A DNA stretch of 32,000 nt from Erysipelotrichaceae bacterium OH741_COT-311 (GTDB taxonomy: Bacteria; Bacillota_I; Bacilli_A; Erysipelotrichales; Erysipelotrichaceae): contig RQZE01000005.1 of NCBI GenBank assembly GCA_003858585.1, positions 30,001 through 62,000 on the forward strand, read 5' to 3'. Position 1 is the stretch's first letter. Each line of letters begins with the position of its first letter. This document shows positions 1 through 8,728 of the stretch, piece by piece. Under the pieces are notes generated by a model that made no database searches, was not told the origin of the DNA, and worked only from the letters and a program-made list of their open reading frames with translations. Position numbers and translations under genes: made by a program.

Positions 1-91
1 GTGCAATGTTTAACTCTTCTGCAATCTCATTTTGTGATATATCGGGCTTTGATGCAATTAACGATAGAATTTCAGACTCTCTTGCCGTCAT
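1..91 (-). CDS. N-terminal 30 codons of an HTH/winged-helix domain protein; the gene continues past the window start
   Basis: ATG at 91-89 sits 5 nt after GGAGG (101-97). The translation MTARESEILSLIASKPDISQNEIAEELNIA looks like an N-terminal HTH segment. The ORF is truncated by the window edge. Confidence 0.55.
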   Translation of the reverse strand, partial: MTARESEILSLIASKPDISQNEIAEELNIA

Positions 92-100
92 AACTACCTC

Positions 101-136
101 CTTTATATATGTTTATAATACTAAACATATATAAAG
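101..136. repeat. Perfect 15-bp inverted repeat with 6-bp spacer (CTTTATATATGTTTA-TAATAC-TAAACATATATAAAG); candidate operator or 5' UTR hairpin for the HTH gene
   Basis: Read directly: arm 101-115 is the exact reverse complement of arm 122-136. The repeat abuts the SD of the minus-strand HTH gene. Confidence 0.6.
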
Positions 137-167
137 AAGTCAATAACCTCCCTAAAATAAAAAGCGA

Positions 168-563
168 TTATTTTTTCATAATCACTAATTCATTATAACC
201 GGTTTCTTGATCAAACTCACGTTGAAATACATACTCTTTTAAAACCAACAAAACAATTTCACAAGTCGTATTCACCAAACAACCTTCACATAAATGTCCA
301 CCAAAAACAGAGCCATTTTGATCTGCAAAACTGATATGTAAATGACAAGCATCTTGGTTGATGGTCCCATTTACACTTATAATTTCTAAATCTTCATCAA
401 ACTCTTTATACTCCATCGCTTTTGCTAAGCGGATGTTAGCTTGATAAAGACACCCAACACTACTTACCACACAAGCCGCTTCGATTCCATTTTCTATACA
501 AAAAGACAATAAGCTCTTTTTTAAATCTTGCCCTTTTCTTAAACGAATTACACAATGTTCCAT
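168..563 (-). CDS. PPC/DUF296 domain protein
   Basis: 131-aa ORF. Size and sequence pattern (VIRLRKGQDL...SVGCL..A.IR, GHL) are typical of DUF296/PPC domain proteins. The start overlaps the upstream stop (TAATG). Confidence 0.6.
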   Translation of the reverse strand: MEHCVIRLRKGQDLKKSLLSFCIENGIEAACVVSSVGCLYQANIRLAKAMEYKEFDEDLEIISVNGTINQDACHLHISFADQNGSVFGGHLCEGCLVNTTCEIVLLVLKEYVFQREFDQETGYNELVIMKK

Positions 564-1522
564 TAGCGTCTTCCCACAATATAAATCAAGTATCCCACAA
601 ACACCATCAGCATGAGCAAACCATGTCTACGCTTCAACTTATCTTGATACTTACAAATAACAAACGTCATAACCGTAATCACTATCATAAAAATAACATC
701 AAACATAATTGCCGGATCAATGCTCATCGGTGATATGACACCACTTAGACCTAAAATAAACAATAAATTAAAGATATTTGATCCAACTACATTACCAACC
801 GCAATATCTACTTCCCCTTTTTTAGCCGCCACCATCGAAGTCACTAACTCCGGCAAAGAAGTCCCAATGGAAACAATTGTTAAGCCAACCAATTTTTCAC
901 TAAAACCTAAGCCTAAGGCAATTTCTTTCGCTGCCTTTACAACAAAATCTCCTCCAGCAATAATTCCAATTAATCCAATCATCATAAATACAATCGATTG
1001 TACAAGCCCAAACTTAGGCTTTTCTACCGTTAATGCCTCACGCTTTTTTAACGAATCATACACTAAGTAAGCTACATACATCACCAACAACATCAAAAAT
1101 ACAAGTGATTCAAAACGACCGATGGTATGATCAAAAAATAAGATACCATACAACATCACACTAAATACAATGACCAAAGGAAAATCAAACTTCACAATTG
1201 ATTTTGGTATCACAATATCCGCCATGCATGCACTAACCCCTAAAACCACTAATAAATTAAAAATATTAGATCCCACTACATTACTTACCGCAATATCATT
1301 ACTGGAAGTAATGGATGCAAAAATAGATACCGCTGCCTCCGGTGCACTTGTCCCAAAAGATACCACCGTTAATCCCACAATAATCGTAGGTACTTTTAAA
1401 ACACTTGATATGGAAGATGCTCCATCTACAAAATAATCCGCTCCTTTAATTAATAATACAAACCCCAATAATAAATACAATATCTCCATAGAATTCTCCA
1501 AATAACTCAACTCATTTATCAT
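563..1522 (-). CDS. CaCA-family calcium/sodium antiporter (YrbG-like)
   Basis: 319-aa polytopic membrane ORF with two alpha-repeat signatures, GTSAPE and GTSLPE. An alternative start at 1489 (MEILYLL, GGAGA SD 5 nt upstream) is possible. Confidence 0.85.
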   Translation of the reverse strand: MINELSYLENSMEILYLLLGFVLLIKGADYFVDGASSISSVLKVPTIIVGLTVVSFGTSAPEAAVSIFASITSSNDIAVSNVVGSNIFNLLVVLGVSACMADIVIPKSIVKFDFPLVIVFSVMLYGILFFDHTIGRFESLVFLMLLVMYVAYLVYDSLKKREALTVEKPKFGLVQSIVFMMIGLIGIIAGGDFVVKAAKEIALGLGFSEKLVGLTIVSIGTSLPELVTSMVAAKKGEVDIAVGNVVGSNIFNLLFILGLSGVISPMSIDPAIMFDVIFMIVITVMTFVICKYQDKLKRRHGLLMLMVFVGYLIYIVGRR

Positions 1523-1618
1523 AGCACATTTTACACCTAAGAGATAATAGTAATCTTACACTTCACTACGAAATATGCTAAAATTTACGTTGTGTATTTA
1601 TAAAGGATGGAAAGTAAT

Positions 1619-2812
1619 ATGAAAACATTAAAGTTAAAAGAAAACATATATTGGAATGGAATTTTGGATTATGATCTAAAAACATTTGACATTATTATGG
1701 AAACAAAATATGGAACTACCTATAATTCTTACTTGGTAAAAAGTAAGGATGAAGTTGCTCTAATTGAAACAGCCAAAGAACAATTTGTAGAAGACTACCT
1801 AGAAAAAATCAAAGAACTTACCGATATATCAAACATTAAATATATCATTGTAAATCATACAGAACCAGACCACGCCGGTTCCATTCAAACCTTACTAAAA
1901 TTAAACCCAAATATTACTATCGTTGGTACAAGTTCAGCATTATTATATCTAAAAAGCATTACCAACATGGAATTTAAATCCATTGCTACAAAAGAAAATC
2001 AAACATTAAAACTAGGTGATAAAACATTCCGTTTCATCATCACACCATTTTTACACTGGCCAGATACGATGTATACCTACCTTGAAGAAGATCAATTACT
2101 CTTTACATGCGATTCCTTTGGTTGTCATTACTGTTACGATGATATCTTATTAAGTAAACTGGAAGATGATACAAACTACCAAGATGCTTTGAAATATTAT
2201 TTTGATACCATCATCGGACCTTATAAAAATCCATACATGATCAATGCTCTAAAGAAAATTGATAACTTACCTATTCAAATGATTTTAACAGGACATGGAC
2301 CAGTCATTGATTGTAAAATTAAAGATATCATTAATCAATACTATGAATGGTGCAATGTGAAATGTTCAATCAACCGTACTGTGGTTATTCCCTATGTTTC
2401 AGCCTATGGATATACAAAAAAACTGGCAGAATCCATCGCCAAAGGCGTACATTATAAAGGCTTAGATGTAAAACTATTCGATATGGAAGTTAGTGATGTA
2501 AAAGAAGTCGTTGATGAAATCATTCACGCAGATGGTGTCCTATTTGGCAGTCCAACTATGTTAAATGATGCTTTAAAACCAATCATGGATTTAATCAATT
2601 GTCTTGTTCATCCACTTGTTCGTAACAAAAAAGCCAGTGCCTTTGGAAGTTACGGATGGACAGGAGAAGCTGTCGATCACATCTTAGAACGTTTAAATCA
2701 ATTAAAATTAAAAACTCTTCCCGGCTATAAGATTAAATTTAATCCAAGCGAAGAAGAGTTAAGTAGTGCCTTTGAATTTGGTGCAAATTTTGCAGTATTG
2801 TTGAAAGACTAA
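1619..2812 (+). CDS. fprA: Flavodiiron protein (FprA family: metallo-beta-lactamase-like domain plus flavodoxin-like domain)
   Basis: HTEPDHAG di-iron motif and a C-terminal flavodoxin-like half. The ATG at 1619 (MKTLKLKENIYWNG) is preferred over the track start at 1607 because the AAGGA SD abuts 1607. Confidence 0.85.
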   Translation: MKTLKLKENIYWNGILDYDLKTFDIIMETKYGTTYNSYLVKSKDEVALIETAKEQFVEDYLEKIKELTDISNIKYIIVNHTEPDHAGSIQTLLKLNPNITIVGTSSALLYLKSITNMEFKSIATKENQTLKLGDKTFRFIITPFLHWPDTMYTYLEEDQLLFTCDSFGCHYCYDDILLSKLEDDTNYQDALKYYFDTIIGPYKNPYMINALKKIDNLPIQMILTGHGPVIDCKIKDIINQYYEWCNVKCSINRTVVIPYVSAYGYTKKLAESIAKGVHYKGLDVKLFDMEVSDVKEVVDEIIHADGVLFGSPTMLNDALKPIMDLINCLVHPLVRNKKASAFGSYGWTGEAVDHILERLNQLKLKTLPGYKIKFNPSEEELSSAFEFGANFAVLLKD

Positions 2813-2837
2813 CACTAGAGTACTCTAGTGTTTTTTT
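2813..2837. terminator. Rho-independent terminator after fprA, shared with the convergent transporter gene
   Basis: Palindrome CACTAGAG-TA-CTCTAGTG followed by TTTTTTT. Confidence 0.75.
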
Positions 2838-3783
2838 ATCGAAATAACAGATTTGCCAAGATAACCATCAGTGGCATAGTAATAAAACTTAAAATGGTTG
2901 TTAAAGAAACAATCTTAGATACATGCGTATAATCCTGATTATAGACTTTTGCTATTACAGCTGCCGATGTTGCCGATGGCGTACATGCTGCAATAATGAC
3001 TAATAAACGAATATTATTCAAAGATTTTGGTAACCAAAGAATCGCTAAAATACTAACCATAGGAACTAACAACAAACGAAATAACGATACAATCCAACCC
3101 ATTTTATTTTTAAAGATGTCAACCAACGGACCATTCGCTAAAAAGCCACCAATAATCAACATCGATAATGGTGTTGACATACGACCTACTTGATCAATCG
3201 CCACACTTGCAAAACGAAATGGCTTGATTGGACTTATAAAAATCAATATACCAAGTATAATCGCAATAATATTGGGATTTAACATAATCTTTTTAAAAGA
3301 AACTTCTTTTAGATTATTCGTAACCATAAAAATACCAATGGTCCATATAAATAAATTAAACATCGCAATATAAGCCGCTAGATAAAATACATATTCCATC
3401 CCCAATAACCCAACGACAAGTGGAATACCCATGAAACTTACATTCGAAAATCCTATCGCAAAACGCTCTAACGCTAATTCTTTCTTCAAGAACACTCTTG
3501 GTAATGCTACCGCAATAAAACTTGTGATAAAAGCCAAGAAAAAAGTAATCAGTAATTGGTTAGCTGCTTCTTGACTATATTCTTTAATAAAAGCAGAAAG
3601 CAAGGTTGCCGGCATAATTAAATTCAGTAATATATGTGATAGTGTTTGTAAGGATTGTTCATTAAAAAAACGACGCTTTTTCAATATATATCCAACTCCC
3701 ATTAAGAAAAACATCATACATATCTGTTCAATTAACACAAAACCAATGCTGGTAAAATCATTCATAAATGTTTTCATATCCAT
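2836..3783 (-). CDS. AEC (auxin efflux carrier) family permease
   Basis: 315-aa ORF with about 10 hydrophobic segments. N- and C-terminal halves are typical of the AEC/malate-permease family. Confidence 0.7.
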   Translation of the reverse strand: MDMKTFMNDFTSIGFVLIEQICMMFFLMGVGYILKKRRFFNEQSLQTLSHILLNLIMPATLLSAFIKEYSQEAANQLLITFFLAFITSFIAVALPRVFLKKELALERFAIGFSNVSFMGIPLVVGLLGMEYVFYLAAYIAMFNLFIWTIGIFMVTNNLKEVSFKKIMLNPNIIAIILGILIFISPIKPFRFASVAIDQVGRMSTPLSMLIIGGFLANGPLVDIFKNKMGWIVSLFRLLLVPMVSILAILWLPKSLNNIRLLVIIAACTPSATSAAVIAKVYNQDYTHVSKIVSLTTILSFITMPLMVILANLLFR

Positions 3784-3845
3784 AAAATTAACCTCAAGTA
3801 AGTATTATACTATAAATCATTTCTATTTTTAAAGCCTTAGCTTCC

Positions 3846-3880
3846 TAAAAAAATCTCTATTTATTTACATAAACAGAGAT
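3846..3880 (-). terminator. Rho-independent terminator downstream of the HAD hydrolase gene
   Basis: On the minus strand, ATCTCT-16 nt-AGAGAT is followed by a T-run (plus-strand A-run 3847-3853). Confidence 0.5.
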
Positions 3881-3886
3881 TCTTTA

Positions 3887-4702
3887 TTATTTCTTCAAAC
3901 ACTCTAATTCTACATCCAAAGCTACACGCTCAACAATCCTTTTCACAATATGTTCCAAACGACTGTTTTGACTATAATCAGCTTTCGCCATATATTTACA
4001 GCGACCCTTACCAACCAATTCCTTAGCTAAATCCTTTTGCGTATCTTTAGGATGATAGACTGCAATGGTATTTCCATGAAATTGATTAATCACCTTCATA
4101 CAAGGAACATCTGTCAATCCATCCCCTATATAAATCATATGCTCATAAGCGATGTATTTCTCTTCTTTCGGTGTCCATTTATTTAAATCCACATCATTAC
4201 ATTCATCCAAAATACCCTTATGAATACGAAAGATATACTGTGTCTTAGTTGTATAGTTTACAACACGAGCAGGCCATACAGCCTTCCCATTTTCATAGAT
4301 ATAACTACATGCATAAATCTTTTTGAATTTTTTCGCAATGCTTGTACCTTCAATGATCTCTTGATTTCCACTTGAAATGATGTAATGCTCCACTTCAATA
4401 TTATGGAGTTTTGCAAACGCATTGATGCGATCAAACCATGTATCTACACCCTTAAATAACTCAATATATGTCCCTTCATCATTTAACTGTTTCTTAGTAA
4501 AGCCCCTCGCTTTTTCATTCATCAAAAACATATAAGTAAGAATATTATCCATACGACTTTCCTGTGACTTCGCATTGACCTCTTGCCAAAACACCTTTGG
4601 ATCTTCATAACCCAATGTCTTTAAAATCCGAAATTCCTGCATATCCTTAGGACTTAACGTTTTATCAAAATCATACATGATTGCCATCTTTGTCTTTTTC
4701 AT
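3887..4702 (-). CDS. HAD-superfamily hydrolase
   Basis: N-terminal DxDxT motif (MYDFDKTLS) and a late GDGLTD motif. Confidence 0.75.
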   Translation of the reverse strand: MKKTKMAIMYDFDKTLSPKDMQEFRILKTLGYEDPKVFWQEVNAKSQESRMDNILTYMFLMNEKARGFTKKQLNDEGTYIELFKGVDTWFDRINAFAKLHNIEVEHYIISSGNQEIIEGTSIAKKFKKIYACSYIYENGKAVWPARVVNYTTKTQYIFRIHKGILDECNDVDLNKWTPKEEKYIAYEHMIYIGDGLTDVPCMKVINQFHGNTIAVYHPKDTQKDLAKELVGKGRCKYMAKADYSQNSRLEHIVKRIVERVALDVELECLKK

Positions 4703-4711
4703 AGTTCACCT

Positions 4712-6064
4712 TTAAATCGCTAATAAATTTAAAATAGCTTGAACATAGATTTCCGTTTGTAATAAAAACTTATCTATTTCTAGAAACTCATTGGCATCAT
4801 GAATATGACAATTATCACCCGGAAACTCACAACCAAACGCAATACAGTTATTAATTCCTTTTGAATATGTCCCCCCACCAATCACCTCTGGCTCACTTGT
4901 ATAATCATTCGTAACACTACGATATGCACTTACTAAAGCTGTAACCATTGGCGAATTAGGATCAAAGAATAAAGATTTACCAAACGAACTTGACTTAATA
5001 TATCCATATTCATTTGTCATAGTTGCATTTAACTTATCTAGCAATTCTTGTGGATTCGCTGTTACCGGATAACGAATATCAATTGTACCTTCAATAACAC
5101 CATCCACCATTTTAATCACGCCAACATTAAATGTTAAAGCTCCATATTGATCTTCACACTTAACACCGCTTAAAGTACCATCTGTATGAATACCAATGAC
5201 CATATTGTAGTATGTAACAAAATCATCTTCAAATTTTGCATACTCTAATCCTTTAAACAAATAACTAATCGCATTGACACCTAAATGTGGCATCGATGCA
5301 TGAGCTGCAACACCCTTTACAATTAAAGTAATTACATCACTTTTACTAATGGAATATTCAATCTTATGTGTATCAAAAAACTCTTTTAATAATGCTTCAT
5401 CAAAGCTATGTAATGGAAGTTTTACTTCCACCTTATTACATACCGCATTAATAGCTTCTCCACCTTGAATATCAATAATCTTCGTGTTACGACTGGCAAA
5501 GATTCCCTTCATACCACCTTTTTCCCCATAAATACCAGGGAAATTACCATCCGGTGTAAATCCCAAATCAATATGCCCTTCTTGTTTCACATAATGTTTT
5601 AAACACTTCGAACCTGTTTCTTCATTACAGCCTACAATTAAACGAATACGTTTGTTTAAAGGAATATTGTTATCTTGCAAGATCTTTAAGGCATATAAAG
5701 AAGCAATCACTGCACCTTTATCATCCGTAGTACCACGACCATACATCTTTCCATCTTTAATCGTTAAGGCAAATGGATCAGTATTCCACCCTTCACCAGC
5801 CGGCACAACATCTAAATGTGCCAAAATACCAATAAGTTGTTCTCCTTGTCCAATTTCACCAAAGCCACAATAATAATCTAAATTCTTAGTTTTTAAACCA
5901 TTTTTTTCAAATAACGACAACGCCATCTCTAGTACTTCTTTATTTGCCAAACCAAATGGATAACCATCTACCGGTCCTTCATTAATTGAATTAAAAGAAA
6001 CCAAACCAGCTAAATCTTGAATCATTTGATTTTTATACGCTAACACTTGACTTTTAATATCCAT
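4712..6064 (-). CDS. pepV: M20-family dipeptidase (PepV/Sapep-like)
   Basis: 450 aa with [17 protein letters not shown] and CNEETGS metal-ligand motifs characteristic of PepV-type M20 dipeptidases. Confidence 0.8.
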   Translation of the reverse strand: MDIKSQVLAYKNQMIQDLAGLVSFNSINEGPVDGYPFGLANKEVLEMALSLFEKNGLKTKNLDYYCGFGEIGQGEQLIGILAHLDVVPAGEGWNTDPFALTIKDGKMYGRGTTDDKGAVIASLYALKILQDNNIPLNKRIRLIVGCNEETGSKCLKHYVKQEGHIDLGFTPDGNFPGIYGEKGGMKGIFASRNTKIIDIQGGEAINAVCNKVEVKLPLHSFDEALLKEFFDTHKIEYSISKSDVITLIVKGVAAHASMPHLGVNAISYLFKGLEYAKFEDDFVTYYNMVIGIHTDGTLSGVKCEDQYGALTFNVGVIKMVDGVIEGTIDIRYPVTANPQELLDKLNATMTNEYGYIKSSSFGKSLFFDPNSPMVTALVSAYRSVTNDYTSEPEVIGGGTYSKGINNCIAFGCEFPGDNCHIHDANEFLEIDKFLLQTEIYVQAILNLLAI

Positions 6065-6073
6065 AATAACCTC

Positions 6074-6826
6074 CTATTTATTAAAGATAATGCCCACCGG
6101 ACAATGATCAGAACCCAATTGTTCTGTATAGATTTTTGCATCACTAACCTTATCCATAACACGATTGGATACTACAAAATAATCAATTCTCCAACCTATA
6201 TTCTTCGCTCTGGAATTAAAACGATAACTCCACCAGCTATACTCTACTTTTTCCGGATATAAGGTACGATACGTATCTTTAAATCCACTTTCTAAAAGCA
6301 TTTGAAACTTACTACGCTCTTCATCTGTAAAGCCGGCATTCCTACGATTGGCTTTCGGATTTTTCAAATCTATTTCATTATGCGCCACATTTAAATCACC
6401 ACAATAAACAACCGGTTTCTTTTGATCGAGTTTCATTAAATGCTTACGCAAATCATCTTCCCAATCCATACGATAATCCAAACGTAAAAGTCCTTCTTTA
6501 CTATTTGGAACATACGCATTTACAAAATAGAAATCCTCAAACTCTAAGGTAATTACTCGTCCTTCATTAGGATGATTTTCCCCTTCAATATCATAACTTA
6601 CACCTAAAGGTTCTTTTTTTGTGTAAACACATGTACCTGAATACCCCTTTTTCTCTGCACTATATAAATATTTATGATAGCCATCAAAGTTTAAATCCAA
6701 TTGTTCCGGTTGCATCTTTGTTTCTTGGATTGCAAAAATATCTGCATCTTCCCTCAAGAAAAAGTCACAAAACCCTTTTGAAACCGCAGCTCTAAGCCCG
6801 TTTACATTCCACGATATAAATTTCAT
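6074..6826 (-). CDS. exoA: Exodeoxyribonuclease III (AP endonuclease, Xth/ExoA family)
   Basis: 250 aa with MKFISWNVNGLRA, IQETK, GDLNVAH and SDHCPV motifs. Confidence 0.9.
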   Translation of the reverse strand: MKFISWNVNGLRAAVSKGFCDFFLREDADIFAIQETKMQPEQLDLNFDGYHKYLYSAEKKGYSGTCVYTKKEPLGVSYDIEGENHPNEGRVITLEFEDFYFVNAYVPNSKEGLLRLDYRMDWEDDLRKHLMKLDQKKPVVYCGDLNVAHNEIDLKNPKANRRNAGFTDEERSKFQMLLESGFKDTYRTLYPEKVEYSWWSYRFNSRAKNIGWRIDYFVVSNRVMDKVSDAKIYTEQLGSDHCPVGIIFNK

Positions 6827-6875
6827 TCTACACCAACTTTCTATCCTATTTTATCAAAAACAACATCAAAATACA

Positions 6876-8636
6876 CTAGTTATGATAGTATAGTTCTTTT
6901 GTCATCTCTTTTAAAACGTCTTGATACGTTTCATCTAAATAAGGAGATAATGTTTGATACACATATTGATGATATCGATTAATTTGATCCACTTGTTCAT
7001 GATTCAAATACGATGTATCAATTAACTCTAAATCAAACGGACAATACGTTACAACCTCAAATTCCATAAACTGTCCATAAAAGTTTTTCGTTTTCTTCTT
7101 TACAACCAATTCATTTTCAATACGAATACCAAATTGATGTTCCAAATAGATACCAGGCTCATCGGTAACAACCATCCCTTCTTGTAAGATGGTATCTTCA
7201 TGGCGATTGATAGATTTTTTCCATTTAATCCCATGTGGACCCTCATGTACACCTAAAACATAACCAATCCCATGACCTGTTCCACTTTGATAATCTAAAT
7301 CCATCTTCCAAATAGCTTGGCGTGCTAAAATATCTAAACTCATACCACTACAACCGTGCAAGAAAGTTACATTTTGTAAATTCAACATACTCTTTAATAC
7401 CGTTGTATAACATTGTTTTACAAAAGGATCAACACTTCCTAACGCAATGGTACGCGTAATATCCGTTGTTCCTTGTAGGTATTGACCACCACTATCCACT
7501 AAAAGAATACCCTTATCATATACCTTCGAATAATTTTCAGGTGTAGCACTATAATGCATCATAGCCGCATTGGCATTGTAGGCAACAATTGGTTCAAAAC
7601 TTAAATCAAACGCTCCAGCTTCCTTACGCAAGGTATTTAAAGTATCCGTAATTGTAAGTTCATCTAATGCTTGTTTTTTAATGGTTTCTTTTAACCAATG
7701 GATAAACTTCACCATGACAATCCCATCGGTAATATGACTAAAACGTATATTTTTTAATTCCACTTCATTTTTACAAGCCTTCATCCCATCAATTGGACTT
7801 TCCACATTATAAATGACATTTCCTTGTACTTGCTTATAAGCCTCATAATTCATCTTAGAAAAATCCATCAGGATAGATCCCCTTTGCGTTTTTAAATAAT
7901 TATAAAATGTATCATAAGGATAAATATCAATATGATCTTCATGCAACGACATGATTAACTCATCACTTAGTTTAGCTGTATCAATAAATAAACTACACTT
8001 CTCATCATCAATTATCATATAACTAAGCACCACCGGTGTATGTTTAATATCACCACCACGAATATTTAACACATAACAAATCGCATCTAAATGGGCAACC
8101 ACATGAATATGATGGTGTAGTTTTTCCCTTAAAGCCTGCAATTTGTCTTTACGAGATACTCCTACATATTGTAGTTCCATTTCAAAAACTGCTTCTCTAG
8201 GTAAAGCAGGGCGGTTTTTCCATATTCGAGATACATAGTCAATACTTGTCATCTTTATTTGTAAAGATTCTAACTTTAATGCAAACACTACATCAACACA
8301 ACGCCCATCAAAACCAATGTGCTTTACGCCTTTTGCTTGAATCAACTCAAAAATATCTAAAACACCTTCTTGTCCCATACGCATTAATTGAATGTCACTA
8401 TTTTGAAGCTCTCTTTCTGCCTGAATAAAATAACGTCCATCCGTATAAAGAAAAGCTTCCCTTTGCGTGATGAAAAGATAACCAAACGATCCTGTAAAAC
8501 CTGACATAAATACACGTGCCTGAAAATAATCTGCTAAATACTCACTTTGATGATAATCAGATGCGTTAATGTAATATGCATCGATATGATCTTTCTGCAT
8601 AAATTGACGCACCTGTCTGATTCTTTCTTTTATCAT
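6876..8636 (-). CDS. Aminopeptidase P family protein (M24B Xaa-Pro aminopeptidase, long form)
   Basis: 586 aa. The C-terminal M24 pita-bread motifs are DSGGQY, TDITRT, GHGIG, TDEPG and IRIEN. Confidence 0.85.
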   Translation of the reverse strand: MIKERIRQVRQFMQKDHIDAYYINASDYHQSEYLADYFQARVFMSGFTGSFGYLFITQREAFLYTDGRYFIQAERELQNSDIQLMRMGQEGVLDIFELIQAKGVKHIGFDGRCVDVVFALKLESLQIKMTSIDYVSRIWKNRPALPREAVFEMELQYVGVSRKDKLQALREKLHHHIHVVAHLDAICYVLNIRGGDIKHTPVVLSYMIIDDEKCSLFIDTAKLSDELIMSLHEDHIDIYPYDTFYNYLKTQRGSILMDFSKMNYEAYKQVQGNVIYNVESPIDGMKACKNEVELKNIRFSHITDGIVMVKFIHWLKETIKKQALDELTITDTLNTLRKEAGAFDLSFEPIVAYNANAAMMHYSATPENYSKVYDKGILLVDSGGQYLQGTTDITRTIALGSVDPFVKQCYTTVLKSMLNLQNVTFLHGCSGMSLDILARQAIWKMDLDYQSGTGHGIGYVLGVHEGPHGIKWKKSINRHEDTILQEGMVVTDEPGIYLEHQFGIRIENELVVKKKTKNFYGQFMEFEVVTYCPFDLELIDTSYLNHEQVDQINRYHQYVYQTLSPYLDETYQDVLKEMTKELYYHN

Positions 8637-8668
8637 AAAAAACCTCCATTACATATAGAGTATCACAG

Positions 8669-8697
8669 TTGACTTTTATTGTCTTATTATTTATTAT
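8669..8697 (+). promoter_or_regulatory. Sigma-A-type promoter of the cop operon (TTGACT-17 bp-TATTAT)
   Basis: -35 TTGACT at 8669-8674, -10 TATTAT at 8692-8697, 17-bp spacer. Confidence 0.6.
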
Positions 8698-8700
8698 TTA

Positions 8701-8728
8701 TATACCCCTATGGGGAGTGGAGGGTATA
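8701..8728 (+). promoter_or_regulatory. CsoR-type operator (TATACCCC-TAT-GGGGAGTGGAGGGTATA)
   Basis: A GC-rich pseudopalindrome flanked by TATACCC/GGGTATA arms lies immediately after the -10 box and overlaps the copA SD. It resembles the TACCC..GGGGGTA operators known for Firmicute CsoR, and a csoR gene lies in the same operon. Confidence 0.55.

Noticed and set aside
720-1436. Track ORFs 720-1070 (+) and 1170-1436 (+), antisense to the antiporter gene
   Set aside because: They lie entirely inside a well-supported membrane-protein gene on the other strand. They have no SD and a low-complexity Thr/Pro/Lys composition typical of antisense frames of hydrophobic genes.
1607-1618. Track start of the flavodiiron gene at 1607 (MESNMKT...)
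   Set aside because: The only SD-like element (AAGGA, 1602-1606) abuts that ATG. The ATG at 1619 has better spacing and gives the family-typical N-terminus. The choice is not certain.
2996-3193. 65-aa (+) ORF inside the AEC permease gene. Similar antisense ORFs occur at 5652-5873, 6047-6262, 8246-8428, 9654-10046, 10410-10706, 10827-11102, 11721-11930, 15931-16352, 17012-17539, 18498-18680, 22420-22614, 23215-23427, 28095-28361 and 30976-31158
   Set aside because: All are nested antisense to longer ORFs that carry clear family motifs. None has a convincing SD or a recognisable domain, so they are treated as frame noise in AT-rich DNA.
8710-8727. Track start of copA at 8710 (MGSGGYMKK...)
   Set aside because: There is no SD upstream. 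The extra codons are the G-rich operator/SD sequence itself. The ATG at 8728 follows GGAGG and gives the normal MKKHYDVKGMTCSAC start.
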